From Escherichia phage vB_EcoP-Ro103C3lw, in the sequence record MN067430: DNA of 39,389 nt; one strand, written 5' to 3'. Shown here piece after piece: positions 7,933 through 18,446 of this stretch. The translations under genes were made by a program, and so were the position numbers. Position 1 is the stretch's first letter. Every line of letters begins with the position of its first letter. Below the pieces are notes generated by a model. The model saw only the letters and a program-made list of their open reading frames with translations, made no database searches and was not told the DNA's origin.

Positions 7933-8309
7933 TGGCTCATTATTGTGTGGACTGTCAGGAAGACTATACGGATTGCACCTGTCACCTGAAATATCAGGCC
8001 CCAGCGCCAAGTTGTTCACCAACGTATACTGGCGGGTCTGCGGACTATTACCAAGTGCCTATCACCCATACCACGACTCCCGGCCGCCCGGACTACATCG
8101 CTGAATGCAACGACATTATCGAAGCTCTCGGTATGAACTTTGCGGAAGGCAATGCGTTCAAGGCACTGTGGCGTCGAGCTGCTCAACGGACTTTAGGTCT
8201 GCGTAAGGCTGGCGCTAAGGACGATGGGCTATACGATGCTGAGAAGGTCGAGTTCTTCGGTGCTCGTCTGGTAGCCCAAAGCAAGGCGGTAGGTCATGAC
8301 TCCAAGTAG
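7932..8309 (+). CDS. Hypothetical Cys-rich protein, 125 aa (gene 1.7 position)
   Basis: ATG overlaps the upstream stop (TAATG); N-terminal cluster CVDCQEDYTDCTCH suggests a zinc ribbon; shorter than T7 gp1.7. Confidence 0.5.
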   Translation: MAHYCVDCQEDYTDCTCHLKYQAPAPSCSPTYTGGSADYYQVPITHTTTPGRPDYIAECNDIIEALGMNFAEGNAFKALWRRAAQRTLGLRKAGAKDDGLYDAEKVEFFGARLVAQSKAVGHDSK

Positions 8310-8387
8310 CTGGTGCTTTAGGCAGTGGGTCTCAACCGGGAACGTGGACTACCTGTCCATGTACCATATGTGGAAGGAGAAAGGACT

Positions 8388-8564
8388 ATGACCGTTTACC
8401 GTGGCATCTTCGGGTCTCTGTACGCAGTGAACCAACACGGAGTCGTCTGCGTTAAGCCTGACGGTAGCGAGTGGTGCGCATCACATTACAGTGTCGAGGG
8501 ATTCCAAGACGCTATTGATAAAGGCTACATGACGGAGGTGGTCGATGCCCAAGGAGTCAACTGA
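8388..8564 (+). CDS. Hypothetical protein, 58 aa (gene 1.8 position)
   Basis: SD ggaaggag before ATG 8388; the supplied ORF begins upstream at 8325. Confidence 0.45.
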   Translation: MTVYRGIFGSLYAVNQHGVVCVKPDGSEWCASHYSVEGFQDAIDKGYMTEVVDAQGVN

Positions 8565-8715
8565 GAAGAAGTACATCGTGGAACTTGAAGGGCGCGTTCA
8601 GTCCTTTGACGTCCCGGTCTACGCTAAGTCTCTGGACGAGGCGACCTTGAAGGCTCAGGAATATGAAGACGCTGGCTTTGTTGTCGGACGCATTCACCCT
8701 GAGCATAAACAATAA
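8545..8715 (+). CDS. gp2: gp2-like inhibitor of host RNA polymerase
   Basis: 56 aa; [14 protein letters not shown] resembles T7 Gp2 (SFEVPIYAETLDEA); not in the ORF track because it is under 60 aa. Confidence 0.75.
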   Translation: MPKESTEKKYIVELEGRVQSFDVPVYAKSLDEATLKAQEYEDAGFVVGRIHPEHKQ

Positions 8716-8733
8716 ACCCTCACTGTAGGACAA
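8711..8733 (+). promoter_or_regulatory. Phage RNAP promoter, variant (A to G at -4)
   Basis: aataaaccctcactgtaggaca; +1 G at 8728. Confidence 0.7.
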
Positions 8734-8758
8734 CCATTAACTTTAGGAGATTTACCCA

Positions 8759-9457
8759 ATGGCTAAAGAGCAACTGAAAACTTTCACCACTCCGGTCGCT
8801 GGTCTGGTCGAGCCGTATAGCTGGCTGAACAAGGCAGACACCAAGTTCAACGAGCGCGGTGAACACAAAGTCAACCTGACCTTCAGTCTGGATGACCCGA
8901 AAGTCCGCAAGATGATTGACGTCTTGCAGAAGATTCACGACGATGCGTATGCGAAAGCACTCGCAGACCACGAGAAGAACCCACCTCAGGTTCAGCGTGG
9001 CAAGAAGCCCATCGAACCGCGTGAAGGCGATATGCCGTGGATTGAGAATGGTGATGGTACTGTTACCCTGAAGTTCAAATGCTTTGCGTCTTACTTGAAA
9101 GACGGCAAGTCCGAGCCTATCGTATTACGGTTCTACGACACCGATGCTAAACTCATCCGTGACGTCCCGAATATTGGCACCGGGTCTAAGCTGAAAGTCA
9201 AGTTCAAAGTCCTGCCGTTCAAGTGGAACGCTGCGACTGGTGCAAGCGTTAAGCTGCAACTCGAATCCGTGCTGCTGGTCGAACTCAAAGAGTGGTCCGG
9301 TGACGGCACTGGTGGTGATGGTGGCTGGGGTGACGATGAAGACATCGGCTCCGGTGGCTACAAATCGTCTACTGACGGTGACTTCGGGTCTGACGACTTC
9401 GGTGAAGATGCCGATGGTGGCGATGACTCTGCGTCCGGTGGCGACTACGACTTCTAA
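8759..9457 (+). CDS. gp2.5: Single-stranded DNA-binding protein (T7 gp2.5 homolog)
   Basis: 232 aa, same length as T7 gp2.5; MAKEQL...EPYSWLNKAD...RGKKPIEPREGDMPW..NGDGT.TLKFKC.AS...KLQLESVLLVEL and acidic C-terminal tail ending DYDF. Confidence 0.92.
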   Translation: MAKEQLKTFTTPVAGLVEPYSWLNKADTKFNERGEHKVNLTFSLDDPKVRKMIDVLQKIHDDAYAKALADHEKNPPQVQRGKKPIEPREGDMPWIENGDGTVTLKFKCFASYLKDGKSEPIVLRFYDTDAKLIRDVPNIGTGSKLKVKFKVLPFKWNAATGASVKLQLESVLLVELKEWSGDGTGGDGGWGDDEDIGSGGYKSSTDGDFGSDDFGEDADGGDDSASGGDYDF

Positions 9458-9459
9458 TC

Positions 9460-9912
9460 GTGGCTGCATGGACACCAAAACGGGGGCACTCTGTGGGTGC
9501 CTACCGCTCTGGACTTGAGGCCAAGAACCAGCAGTGGCTGGAACAGAACGGCGTCAAAGCGGAGTACGAAAGCCATTATATCAACTATGTGATTCCGGCT
9601 TCCGACCACAAGTATACACCAGACTTCATCCTTCCGAATGGAATAATCGTCGAGACCAAAGGTATCTTCGACAGTGAAGACCGCAAGAAGCATATGCTGG
9701 TGCGCGAGCAACACCCTGAGCTGGACATCCGGTTCGTGTTCTCGTCCTCCCGCTCCAAGCTGTACAAAGGGTCCCCGACCACGTATGGCGCATGGTGCGA
9801 AAAGAACGGCTTTAAGTTTGCCGACAAGTTTATCCCGGTTGAGTGGCTGAAAGAGGCGACTGTACGTCTGCCTTCCGGCATACTCATCCCGAAGAAAGGA
9901 GCTAAGAAATGA
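9460..9912 (+). CDS. gp3: Endonuclease I, Holliday-junction resolvase (T7 gp3 homolog)
   Basis: 150 aa, GTG start; VGAYRSGLE...YVIPASDHKYTPDFILPNGIIVETKG...DRKKHMLVREQHPELDIRFVFSSSRSKLYKGSPTTYG matches T7 gp3. Confidence 0.92.
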   Translation: MAAWTPKRGHSVGAYRSGLEAKNQQWLEQNGVKAEYESHYINYVIPASDHKYTPDFILPNGIIVETKGIFDSEDRKKHMLVREQHPELDIRFVFSSSRSKLYKGSPTTYGAWCEKNGFKFADKFIPVEWLKEATVRLPSGILIPKKGAKK

Positions 9913-10133
9913 CCAAAGAAGTTCAGGTAGTCCGCAAGCGTCTGACCATCGACAAGATTCCGGTCGGCTATGCGTTCATCGTCCACGGTAAACCGGGCGA
10001 AGTGTACGTGAAGATTAGTAACTCTCACGTCTTCAACCACAAGTTACTTCAGATGCACACCACGGATTCCAACCGCTTCCAACGTCATCTGAATCTGGTC
10101 GCTGTAGAGCTGGTGGTGTACGATGGTGAGTAA
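9909..10133 (+). CDS. Hypothetical protein, 74 aa
   Basis: ATG overlaps the gp3 stop (ATGA); no homolog recognised. Confidence 0.5.
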   Translation: MTKEVQVVRKRLTIDKIPVGYAFIVHGKPGEVYVKISNSHVFNHKLLQMHTTDSNRFQRHLNLVAVELVVYDGE

Positions 10134-10581
10134 GGTACAGTTCAAACCACGTACAGTCACTGACGCAATCTTCGTCCACTGTAGTGCGACCCAACCGTCT
10201 CAGGACATCGGGGTAGACACTATCCGCATGTGGCACAAGCAGCAGGGCTGGCTGGACGTTGGCTACCACTTCGTCATCAAGCGAGATGGCACCGTGGAGT
10301 CTGGACGCCCGGTCGATGTAGTAGGGTCACACGTTAAGGATTGGAACTCCCGGTCCGTAGGCGTCTGCCTTGTAGGTGGAATCGACGCTAAGGGTAAGTT
10401 TGAAGCTAACTTCACTCCTGCTCAGATGAACGCCCTACGCAACAAGCTGGCTGAACTGAAGGTCCTGTACCCTCAGGCAGACATCAAGGCCCATCACGAT
10501 GTGGCACCAAAGGCTTGCCCAAGTTTTGACTTGCAGCGCTGGCTGAACACTAACGAAATGGTCACTTCCGACCGAGGCTAA
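10123..10581 (+). CDS. gp3.5: N-acetylmuramoyl-L-alanine amidase / lysozyme (T7 gp3.5 homolog)
   Basis: 152 aa; VQFK...DAIFVHCSAT..WH..QGWLDVGYHFVIKRDGTVE...GVCLVGGIDAKGKF.ANFTPAQM...HHDVAPKACPSFDL..W....E.VTSDRG nearly collinear with T7 lysozyme. Confidence 0.95.
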   Translation: MVSKVQFKPRTVTDAIFVHCSATQPSQDIGVDTIRMWHKQQGWLDVGYHFVIKRDGTVESGRPVDVVGSHVKDWNSRSVGVCLVGGIDAKGKFEANFTPAQMNALRNKLAELKVLYPQADIKAHHDVAPKACPSFDLQRWLNTNEMVTSDRG

Positions 10582-10595
10582 CAAGGAGCAATAAC

Positions 10596-10808
10596 ATGAT
10601 TAAGTTTATCGAATTTCTGGGTCGTCTGGTTGTGCGTGGTTATTCTCGTGCTGCGAGTGTGGAACGAAAAGTCGCATCTGCTGCGGCTAAAGGTGCGGAA
10701 GCGGCTGCTGCGGAAGCGGATAGTCTGCGCATCAAGTCTCTGGACGCTGGCCTCCGTGCTCGCGGTCTGGACAAGAAGGCTGAACAACTAAAGGGTTTCT
10801 TCAGCTAA
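10596..10808 (+). CDS. Hypothetical Ala-rich protein, 70 aa
   Basis: SD aaggag before ATG 10596; no homolog recognised. Confidence 0.5.
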   Translation: MIKFIEFLGRLVVRGYSRAASVERKVASAAAKGAEAAAAEADSLRIKSLDAGLRARGLDKKAEQLKGFFS

Positions 10809-10831
10809 CTTAAACACTCACTAAAGGGATG
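10809..10831 (+). promoter_or_regulatory. Phage RNAP promoter, T3-like variant
   Basis: cttaaacactcactaaagggat; +1 G at 10826; has AAAGGGA as in the T3 consensus instead of ATAGGA. Confidence 0.65.
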
Positions 10832-10880
10832 ACCACTTTCGGTTGTCCCTTTTGTCGCATTACTGATTAAGGAGTGACCA

Positions 10881-10976
10881 ATGGAGTTAACTGTATGGCA
10901 TGGACTCGTGGTTGTATCAGGACTCAGTATTCTAACTTTAGGCATTATCGGCTACCTAACTGGTAGGCTCGGATAA
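10881..10976 (+). CDS. Hypothetical small hydrophobic peptide, 31 aa
   Basis: MELTVWHGLVVVSGLSILTLGIIGYLTGRLG; preceded by aaggagtgaccaATG, the same RBS string as the primase gene. Confidence 0.4.
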   Translation: MELTVWHGLVVVSGLSILTLGIIGYLTGRLG

Positions 10977-10983
10977 GGAGTGA

Positions 10984-12690
<1,707 letters not shown>

Positions 12691-12734
12691 CCCTGAGTCC
12701 AGACTCGAAGCGTCACTTAAACGGAGAGTAACCA

Positions 12735-12899
12735 ATGCTACGAAAACTTAAAGTCCGCTACCACACGTTCATGTACAAGTGGTGGAGCGAGGAGGCCGAC
12801 TGCCTGTCCCAAATCCTTGGAGACCAGCGGTTCAAGTCGAAGGCGTGGAAGCGCGCCAACCAGAAGTTCATGTATCACTTCCTGCGCATTGACTATTAA
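12735..12899 (+). CDS. Hypothetical protein, 54 aa (gene 4.3/4.5 position)
   Basis: SD ggagag before ATG 12735; basic and Trp-rich; not in the ORF track because it is under 60 aa. Confidence 0.4.
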   Translation: MLRKLKVRYHTFMYKWWSEEADCLSQILGDQRFKSKAWKRANQKFMYHFLRIDY

Positions 12900-12917
12900 T
12901 CCCTCACTGTAGGATAG
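12895..12917 (+). promoter_or_regulatory. Phage RNAP promoter, variant
   Basis: ctattaatccctcactgtaggat; +1 G at 12912. Confidence 0.65.
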
Positions 12918-12972
12918 ACTCAAGGCCATTCACATCGAGTGGTCTTTATGATTAGACTATAGGAGATTAACC

Positions 12973-15144
12973 ATGATTGACTTACAGAACATCTGGGGTT
13001 CTGACATCGAGACTAACGGTCTCCTTGACACCGTGTCCCAGTTCCACTGTGGGGTCCTGATTAACGCCGAGTCGAACGAGACCCTGAAGTATGGGGTGGT
13101 GCCGATGGTCGGTATCGTCGGCGGCTTTAAGGAGTATGTGGAGAAGGTCGAGCAGATTGCCGCGACTCCGCATGGACTGCTGGTCTTCCACAACGGTATT
13201 AACTATGACGTTCCAGCGATTGACATCCTGAAGCGTAAATACTTTGGCAAGCGTTTCAACTTCCCGAAACAGAAGATGATAGACACGCTGGTCATGGGAC
13301 GACTGATGTATCCGAACATCAAGTTCTCGGACATGGGCGCTGTGAAAGCTGGCCGTCTGCCACCTAAGATGATGGGACGCCAGTCGCTTGAAGCGTGGGG
13401 CTATCGTCTCGGTGAGATGAAGGGTGAGTACAAGACCGATTACATTGCCAAGTGCAAGGCCGAAGGTATCGACTATAAGGCTGGGGACGAATGGTTGTTC
13501 CCTAGCCAAGAGATGCTGGACTATAACGTCCAAGACGTTGTGGTCACACTGGCCCTGTTCAAGAAGTTCCTGACCGACCAGTTCTACTTTGGGTCTCCTG
13601 AAGCAGGACTTTGGGCTGTGTACGCATTGCGTCTCGAACATGATGCTGCATGGACCTGTGCGAAAATGGAACGCAACGGCTACCCGATGAACTCGGAGAT
13701 AGTCGAAGGCTTGTATCGTGAGCTGTCCATAAAGCGTGCTGAGCTGCTGGATAAACTTCGGTCAACCTTTGGTAGCTGGTATCAGGCCAAGGGCGGTAAG
13801 GAGTTCTTCAAGCATCCTCGGACTGGCGTGGACCTGCCGAAGTATCCACGAGTCGTGTACCCGAAGGTCGGGTCCATCTTCAAGAAGCCGAAGAACAAAG
13901 CTCAACGTCTTGGACTTGAGGAGTGCGAGCGCGACTCCCGCGATACTATGGAAGGCGCACCGTTCACACCTATCGAGTACGTTGAGTTCAATCCGGGGTC
14001 CGGCGACCACTTAGCTAAAGTCTTGATGGACCGTGGGTGGGAACCTACAGAGTTCACTGAGACTGGTAAGCCGAAGTGTGACGACGAGGTGCTGGAGAAC
14101 GTGCATCTGGCAGACCCTGAGGCTCAGGCTTGCGTAGAGCTGGTCCGTGAGTATCTGGTAGTCCAGAAGCGCATCGGTCAGGCGGCTGAAGGTAAGAACG
14201 CATGGTTGAAACTGGTGGGTCCAGACGGAAGGATGCACGGGTCGATTAACCCCTGTGGTGCTGTGACTGGACGTGCGACCCATAGTTCACCGAACATGGC
14301 TCAGGTCCCGGCTAACGGTGCTCCTTGGGGTGAAATCTGCCGTAGCGCCTTTGGTGCTCAGTGGAACAAGAACCACGGGAAGTCCGAGCCGTGGATTCAA
14401 GTTGGGGTGGATGCCTCAGGTCTTGAACTCCGCTGTCTGGGGAACCGAGCGTCTCCGTTTGATGGTGGTGCTTATGCGACCACGGTTGTCGAAGGTGACA
14501 TCCACTGGGCCAATGCGGTCAACGCCGGATTAGCACCTGACGTCAAGCGCGATAAGTCCAACCACGACCATGATGCTTTCCGTAACAACGCCAAGACGTT
14601 TATCTATGCGTTCCTGTATGGTGCAGGGGCCGCTAAGATTGGACTGATAGTCGGCGGTGGGAAGAAGGAAGGTTCAGCCCTGATGAAGAAATTCATTGAG
14701 GGTACACCAGCTATCAAGGACCTTCGAGAGGCTGTGCAGAACACGCTCATCTCCGAGTCCAAGTGGGTAGACGGTGAGAACATCGTGAAGTGGAAACGCC
14801 GATGGCTGAAAGGTCTGGACGGTCGCCGCATTCACATCCGGTCCCCACACTCAGCACTTAACGCCCTGCTTCAGGGTGATGGTGCAGTGGTCTGCAAGCA
14901 CTGGATAGTCGAGACCGAGCGTATGCTTGAAGAAGCTGGCTATGTCCACGGCTGGGAAGGTGACTTTGCGTACATGGCTTGGGTCCACGATGAGCTGCAA
15001 ATTGCGTGTCGTACTCAGGCGATTGCCGAAGAAGTCGTCAAGATTGCTCAACTTGCTATGCGTAAGGTGGGCGAGTTCTATAACTTTAAATGTGTCCTTG
15101 ATACTGAAGGTAAGATTGGACCAACGTGGAAGGAGTGTCACTAA
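12973..15144 (+). CDS. gp5: DNA polymerase, family A (T7 gp5 homolog)
   Basis: 723 aa; SDIETNGLL (exo motif I), VFHNG.NYDVPA, AWGYRLGEMKGEYK, YNVQDVVVT, GAVTGRATH, DASGLELRCL, NAKTFIYAFLYGAGAAKIG, MAWVHDELQ, ends GPTWKECH. Confidence 0.97.
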   Translation: MIDLQNIWGSDIETNGLLDTVSQFHCGVLINAESNETLKYGVVPMVGIVGGFKEYVEKVEQIAATPHGLLVFHNGINYDVPAIDILKRKYFGKRFNFPKQKMIDTLVMGRLMYPNIKFSDMGAVKAGRLPPKMMGRQSLEAWGYRLGEMKGEYKTDYIAKCKAEGIDYKAGDEWLFPSQEMLDYNVQDVVVTLALFKKFLTDQFYFGSPEAGLWAVYALRLEHDAAWTCAKMERNGYPMNSEIVEGLYRELSIKRAELLDKLRSTFGSWYQAKGGKEFFKHPRTGVDLPKYPRVVYPKVGSIFKKPKNKAQRLGLEECERDSRDTMEGAPFTPIEYVEFNPGSGDHLAKVLMDRGWEPTEFTETGKPKCDDEVLENVHLADPEAQACVELVREYLVVQKRIGQAAEGKNAWLKLVGPDGRMHGSINPCGAVTGRATHSSPNMAQVPANGAPWGEICRSAFGAQWNKNHGKSEPWIQVGVDASGLELRCLGNRASPFDGGAYATTVVEGDIHWANAVNAGLAPDVKRDKSNHDHDAFRNNAKTFIYAFLYGAGAAKIGLIVGGGKKEGSALMKKFIEGTPAIKDLREAVQNTLISESKWVDGENIVKWKRRWLKGLDGRRIHIRSPHSALNALLQGDGAVVCKHWIVETERMLEEAGYVHGWEGDFAYMAWVHDELQIACRTQAIAEEVVKIAQLAMRKVGEFYNFKCVLDTEGKIGPTWKECH

Positions 15145-15428
15145 TGGCTATTACTAAACGCCTGAGCTGTAAGTTCGACCTGAAGATTGTCTTTACGTCC
15201 GATGACGTAGAGGCCTACGCTCGTGAGCTGGTCCAGATGTCTAAGGACTATGTGTCCGGTGAGAAGCAGGATGGGCTGACCCGCAAGCTGGTGGAAACTG
15301 CGGTGGAGCATGGGGTCGAAGCTGCCATTGAGCTGCACCTGAAGTCAGTACTGGGGTCCAAGCTGAAAGATGAGCTGCCGGAAGATGGAGCGACCCTCTC
15401 TAACATCAGCGTGGGGTTCAAACGATGA
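15144..15428 (+). CDS. gp5.5: gp5.5-like protein (T7 gp5.5 binds host H-NS)
   Basis: 94 aa; MAITKRLSCKFDLKIVFTSDDVEAYARELV resembles the T7 gp5.5 N-terminus (MAMTKKFKVSFDV...); ATG overlaps the polymerase stop. Confidence 0.6.
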   Translation: MAITKRLSCKFDLKIVFTSDDVEAYARELVQMSKDYVSGEKQDGLTRKLVETAVEHGVEAAIELHLKSVLGSKLKDELPEDGATLSNISVGFKR

Positions 15429-15634
15429 GCGAATACTTACGGGTCCTTGCGGCCCTTAAGTCCTGCCCGAAGACCTTCCAGTCCAACTACGTGCGCAACA
15501 ATGCGTCACTGGTGGCTGAGGCTGCGAGTCGCGGACATCTGAGCTGTCTGTCTATGGACGGACGTAACAACGGTGCGTGGGAGATTACAGCTGCTGGCAC
15601 CAAGTTTCTGAACGAACACGGAGGCTGTCTATGA
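15425..15634 (+). CDS. gp5.7: gp5.7-like protein
   Basis: 69 aa; KSCPKTFQSNYVRNNASLVAEAASRGHLSCL...GAWEITAAGTKFL is near-identical to T7 gp5.7 as recalled. Confidence 0.8.
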   Translation: MSEYLRVLAALKSCPKTFQSNYVRNNASLVAEAASRGHLSCLSMDGRNNGAWEITAAGTKFLNEHGGCL

Positions 15635-15906
15635 GTCAAGCACCTTTGGATTTTCTGGGCCAACCTATCGAGGTAGGCGATAAGTTTGTCTACGCTGAAG
15701 CTGGCGGTCGGGGCGGTTCTATGGCCCTGCACAGCGGGGTTGTTACCCGTATGACGGAGAAGCAGGTCCTTGTTGGGAAGACGTGCTGGGGCCAGACTTG
15801 GCGTCCCTTTAACTGCATCGTTATTGTCGAGAAGTGTGGACCGGACGAGGAGCCTCTGTTGGGAGCGACCTTAGCTATGGCTAAAGGAGGTCTACGCGAT
15901 GAGTAA
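15631..15906 (+). CDS. Hypothetical protein, 91 aa
   Basis: ATG overlaps the gp5.7 stop (ATGA); no homolog recognised; occupies the gp5.9 position. Confidence 0.5.
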   Translation: MSQAPLDFLGQPIEVGDKFVYAEAGGRGGSMALHSGVVTRMTEKQVLVGKTCWGQTWRPFNCIVIVEKCGPDEEPLLGATLAMAKGGLRDE

Positions 15907-16207
15907 ACTTAACTCCTGCCTGTGCTGCGGTGTACGGATGAGCGGTGTCGAGGAATCCAATGGTCTGTTTGTGAAGGTTGTAAAACAGCTCATTAAGACC
16001 TCGCTTCGAGACAAGGACTCAAAGGCCCTCCTCATGCTGGTTCGTGAGCTGTCTGCACGTATTGACCACGGTGTTACCCGCTACAGCGAACAGGGTGAAA
16101 CCGGAAGTCTCTGCGGCTCTCAGTATGCAAACCAGATTATCACCAAGTTAATCTCCGAGGCCGCTGATGGTCTTGTACAAATCGAGGAGCACTATAAGCA
16201 TGAGTGA
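15899..16207 (+). CDS. Hypothetical protein, 102 aa
   Basis: SD aggagg before ATG 15899; contains a CLCCG cysteine cluster; no homolog recognised. Confidence 0.5.
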   Translation: MSKLNSCLCCGVRMSGVEESNGLFVKVVKQLIKTSLRDKDSKALLMLVRELSARIDHGVTRYSEQGETGSLCGSQYANQIITKLISEAADGLVQIEEHYKHE

Positions 16208-17066
16208 CAAGAAGATTGCTCTGGTTCTGGATGGCGACTATCTGGTATTCTCCTCTATGGCTGCGGCTGAAGATGAGACTGACTGGGGTGATGGCATCTG
16301 GACGCTAATCTGCGACCATGAGAAGGCTCGTCGTATCCTGAATGATGCCATCGCTCGTATCAAACGTAAGCGCAAAGCATGGGCAGACGCCAAGATTGTG
16401 ATGTGCTTCACCGACGATGTGAACTGGCGCAAGGACGTCTTGCCAACCTATAAGGCCAACCGTAAAGGTTCACGCAAGCCTGTAGGTTACAAGAAGTTCG
16501 TAGCCGAGGTGATGGCTATCCCTGAGTTCAACAGCTTCCTGCGTCCTACGCTTGAGGGTGATGACTGTATGGGTATCATCGGGACTAAGCCCCAGATTGT
16601 CGGCTGCGACCATGCGGTGCTGGTGTCCTGTGATAAGGACTTCAAGACCATACCGGGCTGCGAGTTCTACTGGCTGACGACCGATGAAATCCTGAGCCAC
16701 ACGACTGCCGAGGCAGACTACTGGCATATGGAGCAGACCATCAAAGGCGATATGACCGATGGCTACGGTGGCATTCCGGGGATGGGCGAGGACACTACTC
16801 GTGAGTTCCTGAACGAGCCATACTACTTCGTGCAGGAGACCCGTGAGCTGAAGACTGGCAAGAACAAAGGTCAGCTTAAGGTCGAGTGGAAGAAGTATCC
16901 GAAGCGCGAGGACCAGACGTTGTGGGACTGCATGGTTACACTGGCTGCTAAAGCTGGTATGACCGAGGAGGAGCTGCTAGTCCAAGCGCGAGTGGCTCGA
17001 ATCTGCCGGGCGACCGACTTCGACTTCAAGCAGAAGGAGGTCATTCTGTGGACTCCCTGCATCTAG
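16200..17066 (+). CDS. gp6: 5'-3' exonuclease (T7 gp6 homolog)
   Basis: MSDKKIALVLDGDYLVF...KAWADAKIVMCFTD..NWRK..LPTYKANRK...KPVGY...CDKDFKTIPGCEFYW....IKGDMTDGYGGIPG...GKNKGQ...TLWDC....AKAGMTEEEL; start moved to ATG 16200 to match the T7 N-terminus. Confidence 0.92.
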   Translation: MSDKKIALVLDGDYLVFSSMAAAEDETDWGDGIWTLICDHEKARRILNDAIARIKRKRKAWADAKIVMCFTDDVNWRKDVLPTYKANRKGSRKPVGYKKFVAEVMAIPEFNSFLRPTLEGDDCMGIIGTKPQIVGCDHAVLVSCDKDFKTIPGCEFYWLTTDEILSHTTAEADYWHMEQTIKGDMTDGYGGIPGMGEDTTREFLNEPYYFVQETRELKTGKNKGQLKVEWKKYPKREDQTLWDCMVTLAAKAGMTEEELLVQARVARICRATDFDFKQKEVILWTPCI

Positions 17067-17187
17067 CCTACTGGGCGGGCCTGCTGGTCCTGTACTTTAT
17101 GTACAAAATCAGTGGGTCCAATCGTCCTAAACATTAAGCCTAACCGATAGTCTTATCCTATCAATGGTCCATTATCCATAGGGAAAT

Positions 17188-17210
17188 AATAAACCCTCAC
17201 TATAGGGATT
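17188..17210 (+). promoter_or_regulatory. Phage RNAP promoter (gene 6.5 position)
   Basis: aataaaccctcactatagggatt; +1 G at 17205. Confidence 0.8.
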
Positions 17211-17273
17211 TTGGACCAAAGATAAGACTATAAGATAGACTTAAGTCTTAACTTAAAGAGAGGAGACGTAACG

Positions 17274-17546
17274 ATGGCAATTAAAGTCATTGATGAAACA
17301 ATCAATCAACTCGTTGAAGAACGACTCAAGGTCCCTGCCTTCTCCGAGTCAGCCATTCAGTTCCTGCACATCCTGTTCAACGCAAGCTATGCGTCTAAGC
17401 TGGGTGTCATCAACGACCTGAAGGCTGCTGGCTACAGTGAAGGCTACATCGCAGGCTTTATCGGTGGTCTTCAGTATTGTTCAGACACTCTGGACTCTGC
17501 GGTCGCTAAGCGTCAAAGCCTGAAGGACAACGTACAGTTCGACTAA
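17274..17546 (+). CDS. gp6.5-like hypothetical protein
   Basis: 90 aa; SD agaggag; position-based assignment. Confidence 0.6.
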   Translation: MAIKVIDETINQLVEERLKVPAFSESAIQFLHILFNASYASKLGVINDLKAAGYSEGYIAGFIGGLQYCSDTLDSAVAKRQSLKDNVQFD

Positions 17547-17557
17547 CAGGAGGGACT

Positions 17558-17782
17558 ATGTGCTTCAGCCCTAAGATTAGCACTCCCAAGCCTAACCCTC
17601 AAGCGCCTGAGCCTGCCCCTCTGAGTGAGGAAGTAGCCAGCGTGGACATTGGGGCCGAGGCTGGTGCGGACACCAAGGAGACCAAGGGTATTTCAGACCT
17701 TAAGGTCAAACGTGATTCTGCACCTAAAGATAAATCGTCAGTGAGCCGCGCTATGCGAGCATCTGGCGTCAACATGGGGTAA
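17558..17782 (+). CDS. gp6.7: gp6.7-like virion protein
   Basis: 74 aa; MCFSPKI.TPK...EPAPL..EV.SV matches the T7 gp6.7 N-terminus. Confidence 0.75.
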   Translation: MCFSPKISTPKPNPQAPEPAPLSEEVASVDIGAEAGADTKETKGISDLKVKRDSAPKDKSSVSRAMRASGVNMG

Positions 17783-17786
17783 GACT

Positions 17787-18188
17787 ATGCTTCATTACCG
17801 AAACTCAAGCGATGGTCGCCGTATGGCTGCCGAGCGCCTCTGGGAAGACGGGCAGTCTGACTTCGCCTCATTCTGTGACTTCAAGCAGCATACCTTCCGT
17901 ATGGCTGATGAGTTAGAGGGTGAGGAGTATACAATCTACGATGATGAGTGTAAGCCTGTGGCCTACCTCTACATGCTGGCTTCATCGTCTTGGCACCGAA
18001 AGACTCCCGGTCTTGACATTTCCATTCTCGCTATCCGTAGTGACTCGCAGTCCTCCCGCAAGGTTCTTGAGACTGTCAGACACATTATCGACGGAGAGTG
18101 CAGACGATGGGGTCTGAACTGGTGGTCCCGTGTCAAGCACAATGGGCCAGTAGACATCGTTATAACCAAGGAGATAAACCGTGGGTAA
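17787..18188 (+). CDS. gp7-like host-specificity/virion protein
   Basis: 133 aa, same length as T7 gp7; position-based assignment. Confidence 0.55.
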   Translation: MLHYRNSSDGRRMAAERLWEDGQSDFASFCDFKQHTFRMADELEGEEYTIYDDECKPVAYLYMLASSSWHRKTPGLDISILAIRSDSQSSRKVLETVRHIIDGECRRWGLNWWSRVKHNGPVDIVITKEINRG

Positions 18189-18432
18189 ATCCATTAGTAA
18201 AGCATTCAAGAAAGTAGTCGGTGGCGCTTTAAACACAGTAGGTCTTGGGCCGTCAGCGCCTCAACCTAAAGCTCAGGACGCTCAGGTAGCTGCTGCTCCG
18301 GTAGAAGTTCCTCAGGAACAAGTAACTGACGTTGAGACCGATGTTACCGAGACCGACAAGAAGAAGGTCAAATCGACTGGCAAGCGCGGACTTCAGGTCT
18401 CTCGTACATCCGGTGGCGGTATCTCAATTTAA
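18181..18432 (+). CDS. gp7.3: gp7.3-like tail/host-range protein
   Basis: 83 aa, GTG start; MGK..K..KKV...EVPQ....RSSGGGI.I pattern matches T7 gp7.3. Confidence 0.7.
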   Translation: MGKSISKAFKKVVGGALNTVGLGPSAPQPKAQDAQVAAAPVEVPQEQVTDVETDVTETDKKKVKSTGKRGLQVSRTSGGGISI

Positions 18433-18446
18433 GCAGGAGGTGACAA

